Positions 22,302 through 34,945 of a stretch of 60,438 bases of DNA are shown piece after piece (position 1 is the stretch's first letter; each line of letters starts with the position of its first letter). Location: the NCBI GenBank assembly GCA_002269645.1, contig NIVC01001254.1, positions 1 to 60,438 on the forward strand, given 5' to 3'. The notes beneath the pieces are model-generated. The model was not told the DNA's origin. It saw nothing but the letters and a program-made list of their open reading frames with translations, and did not search any database. This DNA is from Macrostomum lignano. Taxonomy: Eukaryota. A program made the position numbers and the translations under genes.

Positions 22302-24791
22302 TTAGTCGCTGGATGAATCATCTAAGCTGAGCAGAAATCTCGACTGGCCGGTCTCAGACGCGTCGCTGGGTCGGCGGGAGACAAAGTGTCGCCGACGATG
22401 ATTCAAGTCTTCTGATCGCTGCCTCGCATGCGAGTCATAAATCAGCCAGTCGCGCTCGTTCAGACGCGACATGTCGCTCAACGCGGCGCACACAGCATCG
22501 TGGTTGGTGAGGAAGATTGCGCGCTTGTCAATGCGGCTGATGCCGGCGTTGCTCAGCATGGCTCGGATTGCAAATCGGCAATTGCATAGGTAGACAGCGA
22601 TGCCGGCCTCTTGAAAGTCTCCCACGATTCTATTAAATGTTGCCCAACCTGCAGAATCGATGAAGCTACAGCAGGACATGTCAATAATTACGTGATGCAC
22701 ATCTGACGTCTCTGGCATTGGAGCAAAGTGATTTTCGGTTGAAGGCGCTACGGAGATGGTTGCGTCACTCTCAGCGCCGGTTTCAGCAGCAGCTGCGACG
22801 GCTGCTGCATTTTGGCGTCTACCATTTGGGACGATTGATAGGAATCGCTTAAGACTGCGCAATCGTCTTTCGTACCGGCGCTTCTGCAAAATCAGCTTCC
22901 TTGGATTAACCGTCATGCTGTACAGGCAAGATTGAAAATGGTCTGCTGATGAGAAAAATAGGGGTCCTTCGCAACGGAACATCTTTATACCATCAATCTC
23001 CTTGGCGTTTGGAGTTAATGCAATGTTTTTGTAGATGTCCGTATGCTCGATTCGCCCAAGGACGCAACAGTAGGGCCACTGGAAACGAAATATCACCGTG
23101 ATGAGGGAGAAACCAATTCCAATCATAACACCCGTGTTGGCATCGGTGAAAATGACAGCAAAAAAAGCGACCAGCCACAGAGAAGCATCTATTCTGCTGG
23201 TGCGCCAAAGAGCTGGCAGGTCTTTTAACTGCCAAAGAACCGAGCGCAAGTTCACCACAATGATCGCTGACAGAATACACGTCGGAGTGCTTTCAAACAG
23301 TGTTCCAAGGAAAAGCAATGTGATCAGCACGAGACCGGATGCGATCAGATTAGCCACCTGCGTGCGACCGCCAATCGATTCGTGCAGATTAGAGCAGGTC
23401 ATTGAGCTTGTGGACACGAAGCAACCGGTAAAAGATCCGAGTATGTTAGCAGCTCCGTAAGCCAGAAACTCCTGATTCGCGTCGATATCATTGTCATACT
23501 TCAGTGAGAATTTTTTAGCCAATGAAACCGTAATGACAAATGACACAATGGCAATAATTAATATGTCTCGCAACAGAATGGAGTCCATGCTGACTGGAGG
23601 TGGGGACTCAGCAGGCGGTAGGCCAGTCGGTATGCGGCCAACCATTTCAACGCCAAGTTGTTGAAATCCGGTCAGTCCTGATATCAGAGTAGCCATCAGG
23701 ACAACAATGAGCTCTGTTGGTACCGTGGCCTTCCAGCGGCGCTTTACAAACCGATTGAGCCGCTTAAGACCAGCCATACTGACCATGGCAACCAATGATA
23801 TAATTAGAGTGTAGGTATTTGCTCTAGGTAGACTGACAATTGCGAAATATATCAGCTTAAAGTTTTCCATCACGCCTACTGGTGGTGTGTCCTCAGGAAT
23901 TCGCACTTCGCAGCCCAGAAGAGCGGAGATCTGGCTTAAAATTATCTCGATCGCGGTAGCCGTCGTGAATCCATTGACCAATGGGTCGCTGAGGTAGTTG
24001 GTGAGCATGCCAAGCCGCATCACGCTGAAAATCAGTTGGAATATTCCAACCAGAAGGCTTATCATCAAAACTACACCAAGCAGCTGTTCTTTGATAGCAG
24101 CGTCTGCCGAAGTTCCATTGACGCCTGTCGTGTGGGTCAGGTTGTGCAGCCTCACGTTGTGTATTCGCTCCAAGTATTCCTTAGCAACCTGGCCAACTAA
24201 CAACGAGACAACGCCCTGACAAGTAACTACCAGGTGAGGTGAGGTGCCCAGGACGCAGTAAACTAGCGAGGCCACAAGGGCAGTGTAGAGGCCGTGCACA
24301 GGAGTGACAAGAGCAAGTAGCGCGTATGCCATACTCTGCGGAATGCGCATCACCCCTGTGGACAACCCCGATAGCAAGTCATGCGGGAAATACTCGCGCC
24401 ACCGATAGTGATGCAGGGTGACAATTATTGGCAGGTACTGGCAGGTGAGGTCAATACATGTCCGCGCAGGTCTTGGCGGAATATACACTGTGTCGATAAA
24501 ATGCTCTCTCAGAGCAGCTTCTTCGATTTCCTCTGTGTAGATACTCTCGAACTGGTGCTGCGAGTAGACCGGCCGTTTGATGCGCACAATTTCGTCCATG
24601 TTGTGACCCATCATCGAAGTTGTTGCCGACCGAATGTCATCACCTTCAACGCCGAGGAAGCCGTCGGCAGCTGGAGTTGGTAGGATCGGTGAAGCCAGTG
24701 GAATTGTTGTCGATTCCGATGGCTCCTCTTCCGGCACCAGCGGATGATGGCGACCGACAATTCCGGCGTACGTCTTACGACGTCTTTTCAT
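22302..24791 (-). CDS. SLC26: SLC26/SulP anion transporter with STAS domain, intronless, 829 aa
   Basis: DLLSGLSTGVMRIPQSMAYALLA, GTSPHL, LSDPLVNGFTTA, DANQEFLAYG, GGRTQVA; STAS motifs FRCEGPLFF and IIDMSCCSFIDSAG. Confidence 0.95.
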   Translation of the reverse strand: MKRRRKTYAGIVGRHHPLVPEEEPSESTTIPLASPILPTPAADGFLGVEGDDIRSATTSMMGHNMDEIVRIKRPVYSQHQFESIYTEEIEEAALREHFIDTVYIPPRPARTCIDLTCQYLPIIVTLHHYRWREYFPHDLLSGLSTGVMRIPQSMAYALLALVTPVHGLYTALVASLVYCVLGTSPHLVVTCQGVVSLLVGQVAKEYLERIHNVRLHNLTHTTGVNGTSADAAIKEQLLGVVLMISLLVGIFQLIFSVMRLGMLTNYLSDPLVNGFTTATAIEIILSQISALLGCEVRIPEDTPPVGVMENFKLIYFAIVSLPRANTYTLIISLVAMVSMAGLKRLNRFVKRRWKATVPTELIVVLMATLISGLTGFQQLGVEMVGRIPTGLPPAESPPPVSMDSILLRDILIIAIVSFVITVSLAKKFSLKYDNDIDANQEFLAYGAANILGSFTGCFVSTSSMTCSNLHESIGGRTQVANLIASGLVLITLLFLGTLFESTPTCILSAIIVVNLRSVLWQLKDLPALWRTSRIDASLWLVAFFAVIFTDANTGVMIGIGFSLITVIFRFQWPYCCVLGRIEHTDIYKNIALTPNAKEIDGIKMFRCEGPLFFSSADHFQSCLYSMTVNPRKLILQKRRYERRLRSLKRFLSIVPNGRRQNAAAVAAAAETGAESDATISVAPSTENHFAPMPETSDVHHVIIDMSCCSFIDSAGWATFNRIVGDFQEAGIAVYLCNCRFAIRAMLSNAGISRIDKRAIFLTNHDAVCAALSDMSRLNERDWLIYDSHARQRSEDLNHRRRHFVSRRPSDASETGQSRFLLSLDDSSSD

Positions 24792-27700
24792 GCTGAAAGC
24801 TGCGTTGCGCAGAAGTTTTCAAATTGTGTCTGAGTTCTCTTCTGGGAGCACTGTACGTGTTCAGCTCTTTATCTATTCAATTTTTGCTCTCGTGCTCGCT
24901 CTCTTTAGTGAATTTTAACTGTCCTGCTCTCTTAAATCGTCTCTAACTCTTCTAACACTTCTGAGTCACTTTGAACAAATTTGACTTGAATGTTGCCAGC
25001 GGTCCTGCTCTGGAAATTTTCTGTAATGTGCCTGCCACTGCAAGGTGCTAGTCTTGTACATTCACGCTGCTATCAGATAGCTCGCAATGCTCGATTTCTA
25101 AGTAAGCAAGATATTTCCAATGGACACCCGGGCCTCTGTTTTTATCTCACTATCAGAGCTAGCAGATGCAACCAAGTCAAAGCCACCTTATTCTACACAT
25201 GCTTTTCACTACTTGGCTCGACGTGCTACAAACTTAAATGGAGGCGTTCTGCCTATATGCATGTTGCTGAAAGACATGTAGCTGTAGCATTACTAGTTCA
25301 CAGTCTGAAGAAGGTACTAGTAATTTAGGGCTATTGTCACGTCTTGACCACAAATTGGGAGTTTCTAAGAAATCTTATCATGGTTTGCATATAAAAATTT
25401 GCGAGCAAGGCTGGGGCTTGGAATGCTCCAATTACGAGCTATTAAATACGGCATCAGAAACCGCAACACATGCCCCCTCGTCTCTCATTAACTCAATAGA
25501 AATTCCACTAAATGAGACATTGTGTTGATCTTGCATGCACTTGTAATTGCAACGATATTCTTAAACTGATAAGAATTACTCATGCTGTTATGCTTTTCTA
25601 TGGCCTTTTAGCATTTCTATGCATGTGATCGTGCAAAAAAACTTATCAAATGTATATGTGCATGCATACGGCACTAATCCCGCGAAAAGTACCTTGCAGA
25701 AAATTATACATCAATGCACACTAATCAAGAAATAATGGATAATGGATACCGAATAATGGAGGCGAGCAAAGGGTTCCAAAGTTTCAGATTCACAATATCT
25801 TTTCTAGAAGTGCAGGCGCAGCTGGAATCCGTTGAAAACCCGTTGTGCTGTGAGGCAGCGTATGGAGACGCGAGAAGCGATTGTAGGCATAAAACGATTG
25901 CAGGTAATCGTTTTTAAATCCCAGTCGTAATTTATTAATTGAACTAGAATGCTTACAGCAACGCACACCCAACCCAGCCTTCTAGGCCAGAATGGGGCAG
26001 ACAGTAAAACCTCCCAGCCAATCAGAACGCGTGAACCCTAAGCGGCGTGCCAGCTGCATGCAAAGCAAAGAGAAAGACCACCCAAAAATGTGCTGACAGA
26101 AAAATTTAATAGGTGACAGTGAACAAAATAAAATGTGTGATATTACTTTCGGGCATTAAATTCTTTATTCTCCGACTTCATTCGAAGAAAAATTTAGTTT
26201 ATACGTATTCAATATGTTTATTATTTGAAAATACAAAAACAAAAGCCAGGGCGTAAAAATTTGTTTGAAATGTAAAGTTTAAAGACGCTTGGGTTTTGGG
26301 TTCAGCTGTAAAAGAACCGTCAACATCTTTGATAGCAGAGCAAGCACGAGTCGTCTGAACCTAAAGCAAATTTAGAATTTTACTAATTCAATTAACAAAG
26401 AACATCAAAAATACCTCTAAAGTGTTTTATGGCACATTTTATCTGGTTTTTATGCATATTATTTACTCTAATTTTGTTATACTCATTTTTTGTTTACAAC
26501 GCAGAATTCGATATCGAAACATTGTCTGCATTTTTATTTTCTTTGGGCTTTACTACATGCTGCGCCCTAGCGCCAGTTTTGTGTCCTTGTCTTGTCTCTC
26601 TTTTTATTAATCATTCTTAATTTCTAAGTTAATTGTTTTGTTTTAAATTTGCTTGTGTTAAATAGATAATTAAAGCGTTTAGTCTCTTATTAAGATCATT
26701 TTATGCTAAACGCCCAGAGACAACCGTTTTTAATCAATTCAGATCCGAAGTAGCTCTTAATAAAAATAGATGCTGAGTATTACATATATTCTGTTATAGG
26801 GTAGGGCTTTAAAAAGAATGGTATGTTTTTGTTAAGCTTTTGCTTTTTAGATTTGTATTTATTTATATATACTTTTAGTCGTTTTACTCGTAGACACATA
26901 TTGTGTGTTGTAGTGAACCTCATGCTTGCTAGTTGTTACTATCTAGAAATTATTTTTTGGTTAATATTTTGGTAAAGCTTATACTCCTAGATTTTACCTG
27001 TTTTCAAAATTTCAAGTTTCAAGTTTCAAGTTTTGAATAGAATTTTAAGCAGTATTGATAACTTAAAAAAATTAATGCCACTATTTATGCATAGAATTAT
27101 TTGTTATTCAATATTGCCTTTGTATTCATTTTTATCTTTTTGTTTCAGTCAAAAGTTAAGGTTTATACTATAGTTAATAATTAGAAATTTTAAAATGAAT
27201 TAACAAATTAAATTAAATGTTTGTCATATATTACTTTGCTGCTTTCTTGCAAAATGTGATTTATTATGTGTATTGAGTACCAAGTCTGGATTCATTTTAT
27301 AAATTGATAGACCAAAATTTATCATCTGTTTAATTTTCAATCACCAAAGTCTTTCAGTTTGGCCTTCTAGATATTATAGATTTGTCAATGAATAACAATT
27401 CATTGTGTTTCTGATGACAGTAGATTGACACTGTGCATATTAAATTTGGATATTCAAGGTGCTGCTCTATTTACAATATCGATCGTTTTATTAAGGTATT
27501 ACTAATACAGGCGCTGCTGTTGGCATCCTGGTTGAATGACCCATGCAGTGTACGTTCTCTGTACTGTTTTTTTAATCTTCGCTCTAGCTGATAAGCAAAC
27601 CAAATTGACGTTTTCGGGTGGCTGGCAAAGCCTCCACAGATAAGAAATTCGCTCCAGAATGAGGCCATAGCAACTGAGCAAACAGTGTTAAGGGTCTGCG

Positions 27701-27944
27701 AGAGAGAAAACTGATCCGCTAATCTTTACTTCTAGACAGGGCGTGTTTCACTTGACGCGAGCCAGGCGGTATCTGGCCTGGCTCTGGCGCTTCAATTTTT
27801 TCATGCTGTCTAGCGCAAAAAAATCTCTTTTAAACTCGCTGAACTGCGGGTCCAAGCGATTGGTGGCTAATGCGGTTGAACTCTTGAATGAACCCATTTT
27901 TAGGCTATGAGACACTGCTGCGCCTTTGGGTTTGGTAGAGAGTC

Positions 27945-28987
27945 CTCTCCTCTCATCTCCTCTCCTCTCCTCCTCTCCTCTCCTCTCCTCTCATCTCCTC
28001 TCCTCTCCTCCTCTCCTCTCCTCTCCTCTCATCTCCTCTCCTCCTCTCCTCTCCTCTCCTCTCCTCTCATCTCCTCTCCTCTCATCTCCTCTCCTCTCGT
28101 CTCCTCTCCTCTCCTCCTCTCCTCTCCTCTCCTCTCCTCTCATCTCCTCTCCTCTCATCTCCTCTCCTCTCGTCTCCTCTCCTCTCCTCTCCTCTCCTCT
28201 CATCTCCTCTCATCTCCTCTTATCTCCTCTCATCTCCTCTCCTCTCCTCTCATCTCCTCTCCTCTCCTCTCATCTCCTCTCGTCTCCTCTCCTCTCCTCT
28301 CATCTCCTCTCCTCTCCTCTCTTCTCCTCTCTTCTCCTCTCTTCTCCTCTCCTCTCCTCTCCTCCCCTCTCCTCTCCTCTCCTCTCCTCTCCTCTACTCT
28401 CTCTCTCTCTCTCTTCTCCTCTCTTCTCCTCTCCTCTCCTCTCTTCTCCTCTCTTCTCCTCTCCTCTCATCTCCTCTCATCTCCTCTCCTCTCCTCTCCT
28501 CTCCTCTCCTCTCTCTCCTCTCATCTCCTCTCCTCTCCTCTCCTCTCCTCTCATCTCCTCTCCTCTCCTCTCATCTCCTCTCCTCTCCTCTCCTCTCCTC
28601 CCCTCTCCTCTCCTCTCCTCTCTTCTCCTCTCTTCTCCTCTCCTCTCATCTCCTCTCCTCTCCTCTCCTCTCTTCTCCTCTCCTCTCCTCCCCTCTCCTC
28701 TCATCTCCTCTCCTCTCCTCTAGTCTCCTCTCCTCTCATCTCCTCTCATCTCCTCTCCTCTCATCTCCTCTCTTCTTTTCTCCTCTCCTCCCCTCTCCTC
28801 TCCTCTCCTCTCCTCTCCTCTACTCTCCTCTCCTCTCATCTCCTCTCATCTCCTCTCCTCTCATCTCCTCTCTTCTCCTCTCCTCTCCTCTCCTCTCCTC
28901 TCTCCTCTCCTCTCCTCTCCTCTCCTCTCCTCTCCTCTCCTCTCCTCTCCTCTCCTCTCCTCTCCTCTCCTCTCCTCTCCTCTCCTT
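27945..28987. repeat. (CTCCT)n pentamer polypyrimidine/polypurine array
   Basis: About 1 kb, almost purely pyrimidine on +, ending about 85 bp before the tubby ATG. Confidence 0.97.
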
Positions 28988-29071
28988 TCCAAACGGTGTT
29001 CTGCCCAACACCCCGTTCTGTCAAAGCGGTTTCTGATATCCTGAGTAATCGTCGAAATTTTCAGCGCGATC

Positions 29072-32000
29072 ATGGCCGACAATGAGCAGCTTCGCTATGA
29101 GCGCAACCAGAACCAGCTGGAGCGGGCCAGAAAGATGCAGGAGCGCCGACTGGCCCGGAGCACCGGCACTGTGCAGAGGAACGACGCCCGGCCCGTCAGC
29201 GGACGGCGGAGCGCCGGCCGAGAAAATGAACGGGCGCCGCTGGTGCCGGTGGCCGCAGTGAGGAGAGACGAGCCGGCGCACCAGTTTGGTGAGGAGTCTA
29301 CTTCTCTTCTATCGGGTCTACTTCTCTCCTATCGGGTCTACTTCTCTCCTATTGAGTCTACTTCTTTCCTATCGGATCTACTTCTCTCCTATCGGGTCTA
29401 CTTCTCTCCTATCGAGTCTAATTCTTTCCTATCGGGTCTACTTCTCTCCTATCGGGTCTACTTCTCTCCTATCGGATCTACTTCTCTCCTATCGTGTCTA
29501 ATTCTCTAATGTCGGGTCTACTTCTCTCCTATTGGGTCTACTTCTCTCCTATCGAGTCTAATTCTCTCCTATAGCGTCCAGGTGCCCAAGGAACATTTTT
29601 ATTGAGGCCACAAAAGCGCCCGAGACAGCGGGTGTCCTGTTGCACAGGAGAAAACATGCTGTGACCCCCCACCAGCCAAGTGCAGACAGGAAATGCGCAA
29701 GGACTGACTCGCTAAGGCTGAAGGCAGAGCAGGTGTGAGCCTCATGGTGCACAACTTGAGCCTATGCGATTGCGCTTGGTTTGTAGGTATACTTCTGAAT
29801 TCTCGCTCTAGGCTAACCTAAATGACCCAGGCTCTTTTCTTGTAGTCAAACGTTGAGGGTGACTAATTAAATTAAATTAATGCGCCATTTCTTTCTGGGA
29901 AAGCACTTTGTGGAATTTGTTAGCGTGTGCCTGAGGTACGTATCTGCGCGAGTGCTCAAGAGTCAGCGGAATCGGCATGACTGCTCACCTGATGAGAATC
30001 AGATGAGACTCAGATGGGAGTCAGATTAGAGTCAGATGATCCTATAAGATTCAGATGAGAGTCAGATGAGAGTCAGATAAGATGAGAGCCAGATGAGAGT
30101 CATATGAGAGTCAGATGAGAGCCAGATGAGAGTCAGATGAAAGTCAGATGAGAGTCAGATTAGAGTCAGATGAGAGTCAGATGAGAGTCAGATGAGAGTC
30201 AGATGAGAGTCAGATGAGAGTCAGATGAGAGTCAGATGTGAGTCAGATGAGAGTCAGATGAGAATCAGATGAGAGTCATATGAGAGTCAGATGAGAGTCA
30301 GATGAGAATCAGATGAGAGTCATATGAGAGTCAGATGAGAGTCAGATGAGTGTCATGTGAGAGTCACATAAGAGTCAGATGAGTGTCATGTGAGAGTCAG
30401 ATAAGATGAGAGCCAGATGAGAGTCATATGAGAGTCAGATGAGAGCCAGATGAGAGTCAGATGAAAGTCAGATGAGAGTCATATGAGAGTCAGATGAGAG
30501 CCAGATGAGAGTCAGATAAGATGAGAGCCACATGAGAGTCATATGAGAGTCAGATGAGAGCCAGATGAGAGTCAGATGAAAGTCAGATGAGAGTCATATG
30601 AGAGTCAGATGAGAGCCAGATAAGAGTCAGATAAGAGTCATGTAACGTTATTTTTGTATTAAGAAGTCCTTGGACCGGCTGTCTATGTCAGAAAAACGGT
30701 ACACAATGTACTTTATTTCCAACCGCCGTTTCACAGCCTACGTTGGGCCGCAGCCGTCGGTGAACCCGGACGGCATGGTACTGTCAACAAAGGTACGCGA
30801 GCTGAGCATCGAGCCGGACAACGAAGAGGACGGGCCGGCGGCAGTCGGCAAGCGACGCAACCATCGACAACGCGCCAGCAGCGACGACGAGGCGGCGTCG
30901 AGTGGCGGAGGCTCGAACCACCGCGAAGATGTCGACAGCGAAGGTCGCAGGCGTCGAGGAGAAAATAAGAAATCGTCGGCGGCTCGAAGGCGGCACTCGC
31001 CGGAAGAGACGCGCGTCAAGTCTACGTCGTCCGGCAAGGCAAAGGCAGCCGCCGCGGCGACAGGTTCGTCAAAGTCGTCAAAGTCGTCGAAGTCGAGGTC
31101 GACCAGGACTCGGTCGGTGTCCTCATCTAGCGAGGAGGCAAACCATGCCAGCAGCAACGGACGCAGCGATGCTGTACACGTTGACGACTATGAAGACGCT
31201 TCAGTCAGCGACAGCGACAGCGGCCGGGACCGAGGCAGGCGGCGGCGGCCTGACGGTGATAAGTGTCGTAAAGCGCCAACAGTTTCAGCGACCTCGTCGC
31301 GTCGACGCGGTGAGCAGCGGCGGCGCCGGAGTCGCAGCCCGGACGAAGATGAGACGGAGGACGGCGACATCCGGGAGGCGGCCAGCGATCTCGACGAGAC
31401 GCCCGTCAGTCCCAGCATCAGCCAGGCTGGGGACAGGGCGGCCAAGACGGTGAGGCATTTCGGGCTTTGGTTCGAACTGTGTTGTTGATACGGTGTTAGA
31501 TATTGTGTCCGATATTGTGTTAGATACGGTGTTAGATACAGTGTTAGATATTGTGTTCGATATTGTGTTAGATACGGTGTTGGATACTGTGTTGGATACT
31601 GTGTTAGATACGGTGTTAGATACGGTGTTAGATATGGTGTTAGATATGGTGTTAGATATTGCGTTAGATTTGGTTTTAGATAAGGTGCTACAGAGGGTGG
31701 TGTTAGATATGGTATTTAAATAAGGTGTTAGATATGATGTTAGATATGGTGTTAGATATGGTGGTGTTATAGATATGGTGTTAGGTATGATGTTAGATAA
31801 GGTGATGTTAGATTTGGTGTTAGATATGGTGTTAGATATGGCGTTAGCTATGATGCTCTATATTGTGGTGTCAGTTACGGTGTTAGATATAGCTTTAGAT
31901 GTGGTGTTAGATACGATGTTTGGTGCAGTGCTTATACTAAAAGCACTACAAAGTTGATGTCGCTCATACAAACAGCAGCAGCAGCAGCAGCAGCCGTCCG

Positions 32001-34708
32001 CCTCTCGTCAGCTGTCGCTGGTGCCCGACCCGACCTCCGACCCGGAGCAGTTCGCTGTGCAGCCGGCGCCGCAGGGCGTAACTCTGAAGTGCCGCATCAG
32101 CCGGGACTCGCGCGGCCTGGACCGGTCGCGCTACCCAACCTACTACCTGCACCTCGAGCGCGACGACGGCAAGCGAATCTTCGTGTTGGCTGCCCGACGC
32201 CGCAAAAAGTCCTCGACGTCCAACTATCTGATCTCGTGCGACCCGACCAACCTGGCCAGAGCCGGCGAGAGCTTTGTCGGCAAATTGCGCAGCAACTTTC
32301 TTGGCACGGCGTTCACTGTGTTCGACAACGGTGAGTCGCCGAAACGCGTCGGCACGGAGTCGTCTCGACGCGAACTGGCCGCCGTCACCTACGAGACTAA
32401 CGTCATGGGCTTTCGGGGGCCAAGAAAAATGACGGTCATTGTGCCGGCCATGACCCCGGACCAGCGACGGGTTGAGGTGCGGCCGAGAGGCGGCAGCAGC
32501 GGCGACACCCTGCTGGAGCGACACAAGCGTGGCGACATGACCAACTTGCTGGAGCTGCAGAACAAAACGCCAGTGTGGAATGACAGTGAGACTTTTGTTG
32601 GCTGTTGTTTTTTGCATTTTTACAACTGGATATGGTGTTAGATATGGTAGTTGTAAAAGTGTTAGACATAGTGGTGTTAGATATAGTTGTGCTAGATACG
32701 GTATTAGATATGGCGCTAGATACGGTGTTAGATATTGTGTTAGATATGATTTTAGATAAGGAGTTAGATATGGTGGTGTTAGATATTGTGTTAGATATAG
32801 TGTCAGATATGGTGTTAGGTGTTAGATACGGTGCTAGATATATGGTGTTAAATATTGTGTTAGATATGAACAAGCATTATTTTTACAAATCGTGGGGACT
32901 CTTCCTATCTCTCGAATTCATTTTAAAATATATTTTTTTTCCGTGATAAACCTTTTGTGGTGCAAGTTGCAGTCTCAGTCTGCTACAGAGAATATTCGAA
33001 AGAGATTGAAATCCAACTGATTTTAGATACTGAAAATCTAAAGGAAACATTTTGTGTTTGCTAGTAACAAGTTTACAATCGAGCGAAAAAATTCCACTTC
33101 TTCAATGACACTGAATTACTTTTTTAAACTAAATTTACCAGCCCAACCGACCCTACTCAATCTCAGGCACGCAGTCCTATGTGCTCAACTTTCACGGGCG
33201 CGTCACGCAGGCTTCGGTTAAGAACTTTCAAATCGTCCACGCAAACGATGGTGAGATGCCTGCATAATAGTTGAATTATTACTATTGAAAAATAAATTAC
33301 CGACATGGACAGTTGCAGTAGGACGCTACAGTCGATTTTCTTAGAAATGATTCGAAGTTCGGTAATGAGCGCATATCTGTCGTATCGCTAGGGTATTCGG
33401 TATGCTCTTGAGAGCTAGGATTTTTCTCGACCAAGTTTGTCTATGGCAAAAACCCCATTCAGCACCATGCGTTCACTGGCCATACGGCAAGCATCCGCTG
33501 CTTACCAACCGGCGGGAGCTGAGAGCGGGAAGGTGGCGGGAGCTGAGAGCGGGAAGGTGGCGGGAGCTGAGAGCGGGAAGGTGGCGGGAGCTGAGAGCGG
33601 GAAGGTGGCGGGAGCTGAGAGCGGGAAGGTGGCGGGAGCTGAGAGCGGGAAGGTGGCGGGAGCTGAGAGCGGGAAGGTGGCGGGAGCTGAGAGCGGGAAG
33701 GTGGCGGGAGCTGAGAGCGGGAAGGTGGCGGGAGCTGAGAGCGGGAAGGTGGCGGGAGCTGAGAGCGGGAAGGTGGCGGGAGCTGAGAGCGGGAAGGTGG
33801 CAGGAGCTGAGAGCGGGAAGGTGGCGGGAGCTGAGAGCGGGAAGGTGGCGGGAGCTGAGAGCGGGAAGGTGGCGGGAGCTGAGAGCGGGAAGGTGGCAGG
33901 AGCTGAGAGCGGGAAGGTGGCGGGAGCTGAGAGCGGGAAGGTGGCGGGAGCTGAGAGCGGGAAGGTGGCGGGAGCTGAGAGCGGGAAGGTGGCGGGAGCT
34001 GAGAGCGGGAAGGTGGCAGGAGCTGAGAGCGGGAAGGTGGCGGGAGCTGAGAGCGGGAAGGTGGCGGGAGCTGAGAGCGGGAAGGTGGCGGGAGCTGAGA
34101 GCGGGAAGGTGGCGGGAGCTGAGAGCGGGAAGGTGGCGGAGCTGAGAGCGGGAAGGTGGCGGGAGCTGAGAGCGGGAAGGTGGCGGGAGCTGAGAGCGGG
34201 AAGGTGGCGGGAGCTGAGAGCGGGAAGGTGGCGGGAGCTGAGAGCGGGAAGGTGGCGGGAGCTGAGAGCGGGAAGGTGGCGGGAGCTGAGAGCGGGAAGG
34301 TGGTGGGAGCTGAGAGCGGGAAGGTGGCGGGAGCTGAGAGTGGGAAGGTGTCCAGCTCATTTCCAAGAAATTCTATTGCAGCCTTCCTTTTGCCTCTATT
34401 GTCCTTGATTGACGCAAAGTTGAAAGCGTAGTTTTATACCTAAAGTTCTCAAATATTTCGAAATGAATTACCTGAATGGAAGTTTTATGAAAGGCTTGCT
34501 TTTACAAGTTTGAAAGTGACTAATCAAGAGTCTTTGACTGAATCAATAAGAGCCGCTCCCATTCCCTTGCACAGTGGACTACATCGTGATGCAGTTCGGT
34601 CGCATCTCGGACGACCTGTTCACCATGGACTTCGCTTACCCGCTCTGCGCTCTGCAGGCCTTCGGCATCGCGCTGTCCTCCTTCGACGGCAAGCTGGCGT
34701 GCGAATGA
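29072..34708 (+). CDS. TULP: Tubby-family protein, 5 exons, about 573 aa
   Basis: Exons 29072-29288, 30737-31449, 32012-32585, 33167-33250, 34575-34708; GT-AG and in phase; sum 1722 nt. Motifs [71 protein letters not shown]...FTMD...[28 protein letters not shown] at 34713. Confidence 0.95.
29295..29570. repeat. 20-bp minisatellite (CTACTTCTCTCCTATCGGGT)n, tubby intron 1
   Basis: Tandem copies starting right after the exon 1 donor. Confidence 0.92.
29995..30645. repeat. 11-bp minisatellite (GATGAGAGTCA)n, tubby intron 1
   Basis: Tandem array. Confidence 0.95.
31490..31925. repeat. About 12-bp degenerate repeat (GTGTTAGATATG)n, tubby intron 2
   Basis: Tandem degenerate copies; same family in intron 3. 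Confidence 0.9.
32630..32870. repeat. About 12-bp degenerate repeat (GTGTTAGATATG)n, tubby intron 3
   Basis: Same unit and orientation as 31490-31925. Confidence 0.9.
33511..34350. repeat. 24-bp G-rich minisatellite (GCGGGAGCTGAGAGCGGGAAGGTG)n, tubby intron 4
   Basis: About 35 nearly identical copies; one 1-bp deletion near 34139. Confidence 0.97.
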
Positions 34709-34849
34709 ACGAAATAAAGTGGAATTAAAAAACACTTGAATCGTTAATCGAATAAATCTGTTACCGTCCTTGTATTCATATCAGAAGCAAATGTTGTACG
34801 ATACCTGAATTAATTCGGGGCGTGAATTGGGCACGAAAATTGACCGGCG

Positions 34850-34945
34850 GGGGGGGTGACCACTGGTTGTGGGACGATGCGTCGAAGAACGCTGCACCAG
34901 TGCTCAAAGCCCTCCAGCGAATAGGATATTATTATTATTATTCAG
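34850..34945 (+). mobile_element. Possible 5'-truncated non-LTR retrotransposon 3' end with (TAT)n tail
   Basis: GC-rich stretch ending ...CAGCGAATAGGA followed by TATTATTATTATTA; no clear TSD. Confidence 0.35.

Noticed and set aside
27907-29085. 392-aa Leu/Ser ORF and the RGEER ORFs
   Set aside because: Translations of (CTCCT)n.
30738-32617. Antisense ORFs overlapping tubby, PARG, cyclase and NHR exons
   Set aside because: Typical shadow ORFs of GC-rich coding sequence with no independent signal.
33402-34431. AGAESGKV / RELRAGRW repeat ORFs
   Set aside because: Lie wholly within tubby intron 4 and derive from a 24-bp satellite.
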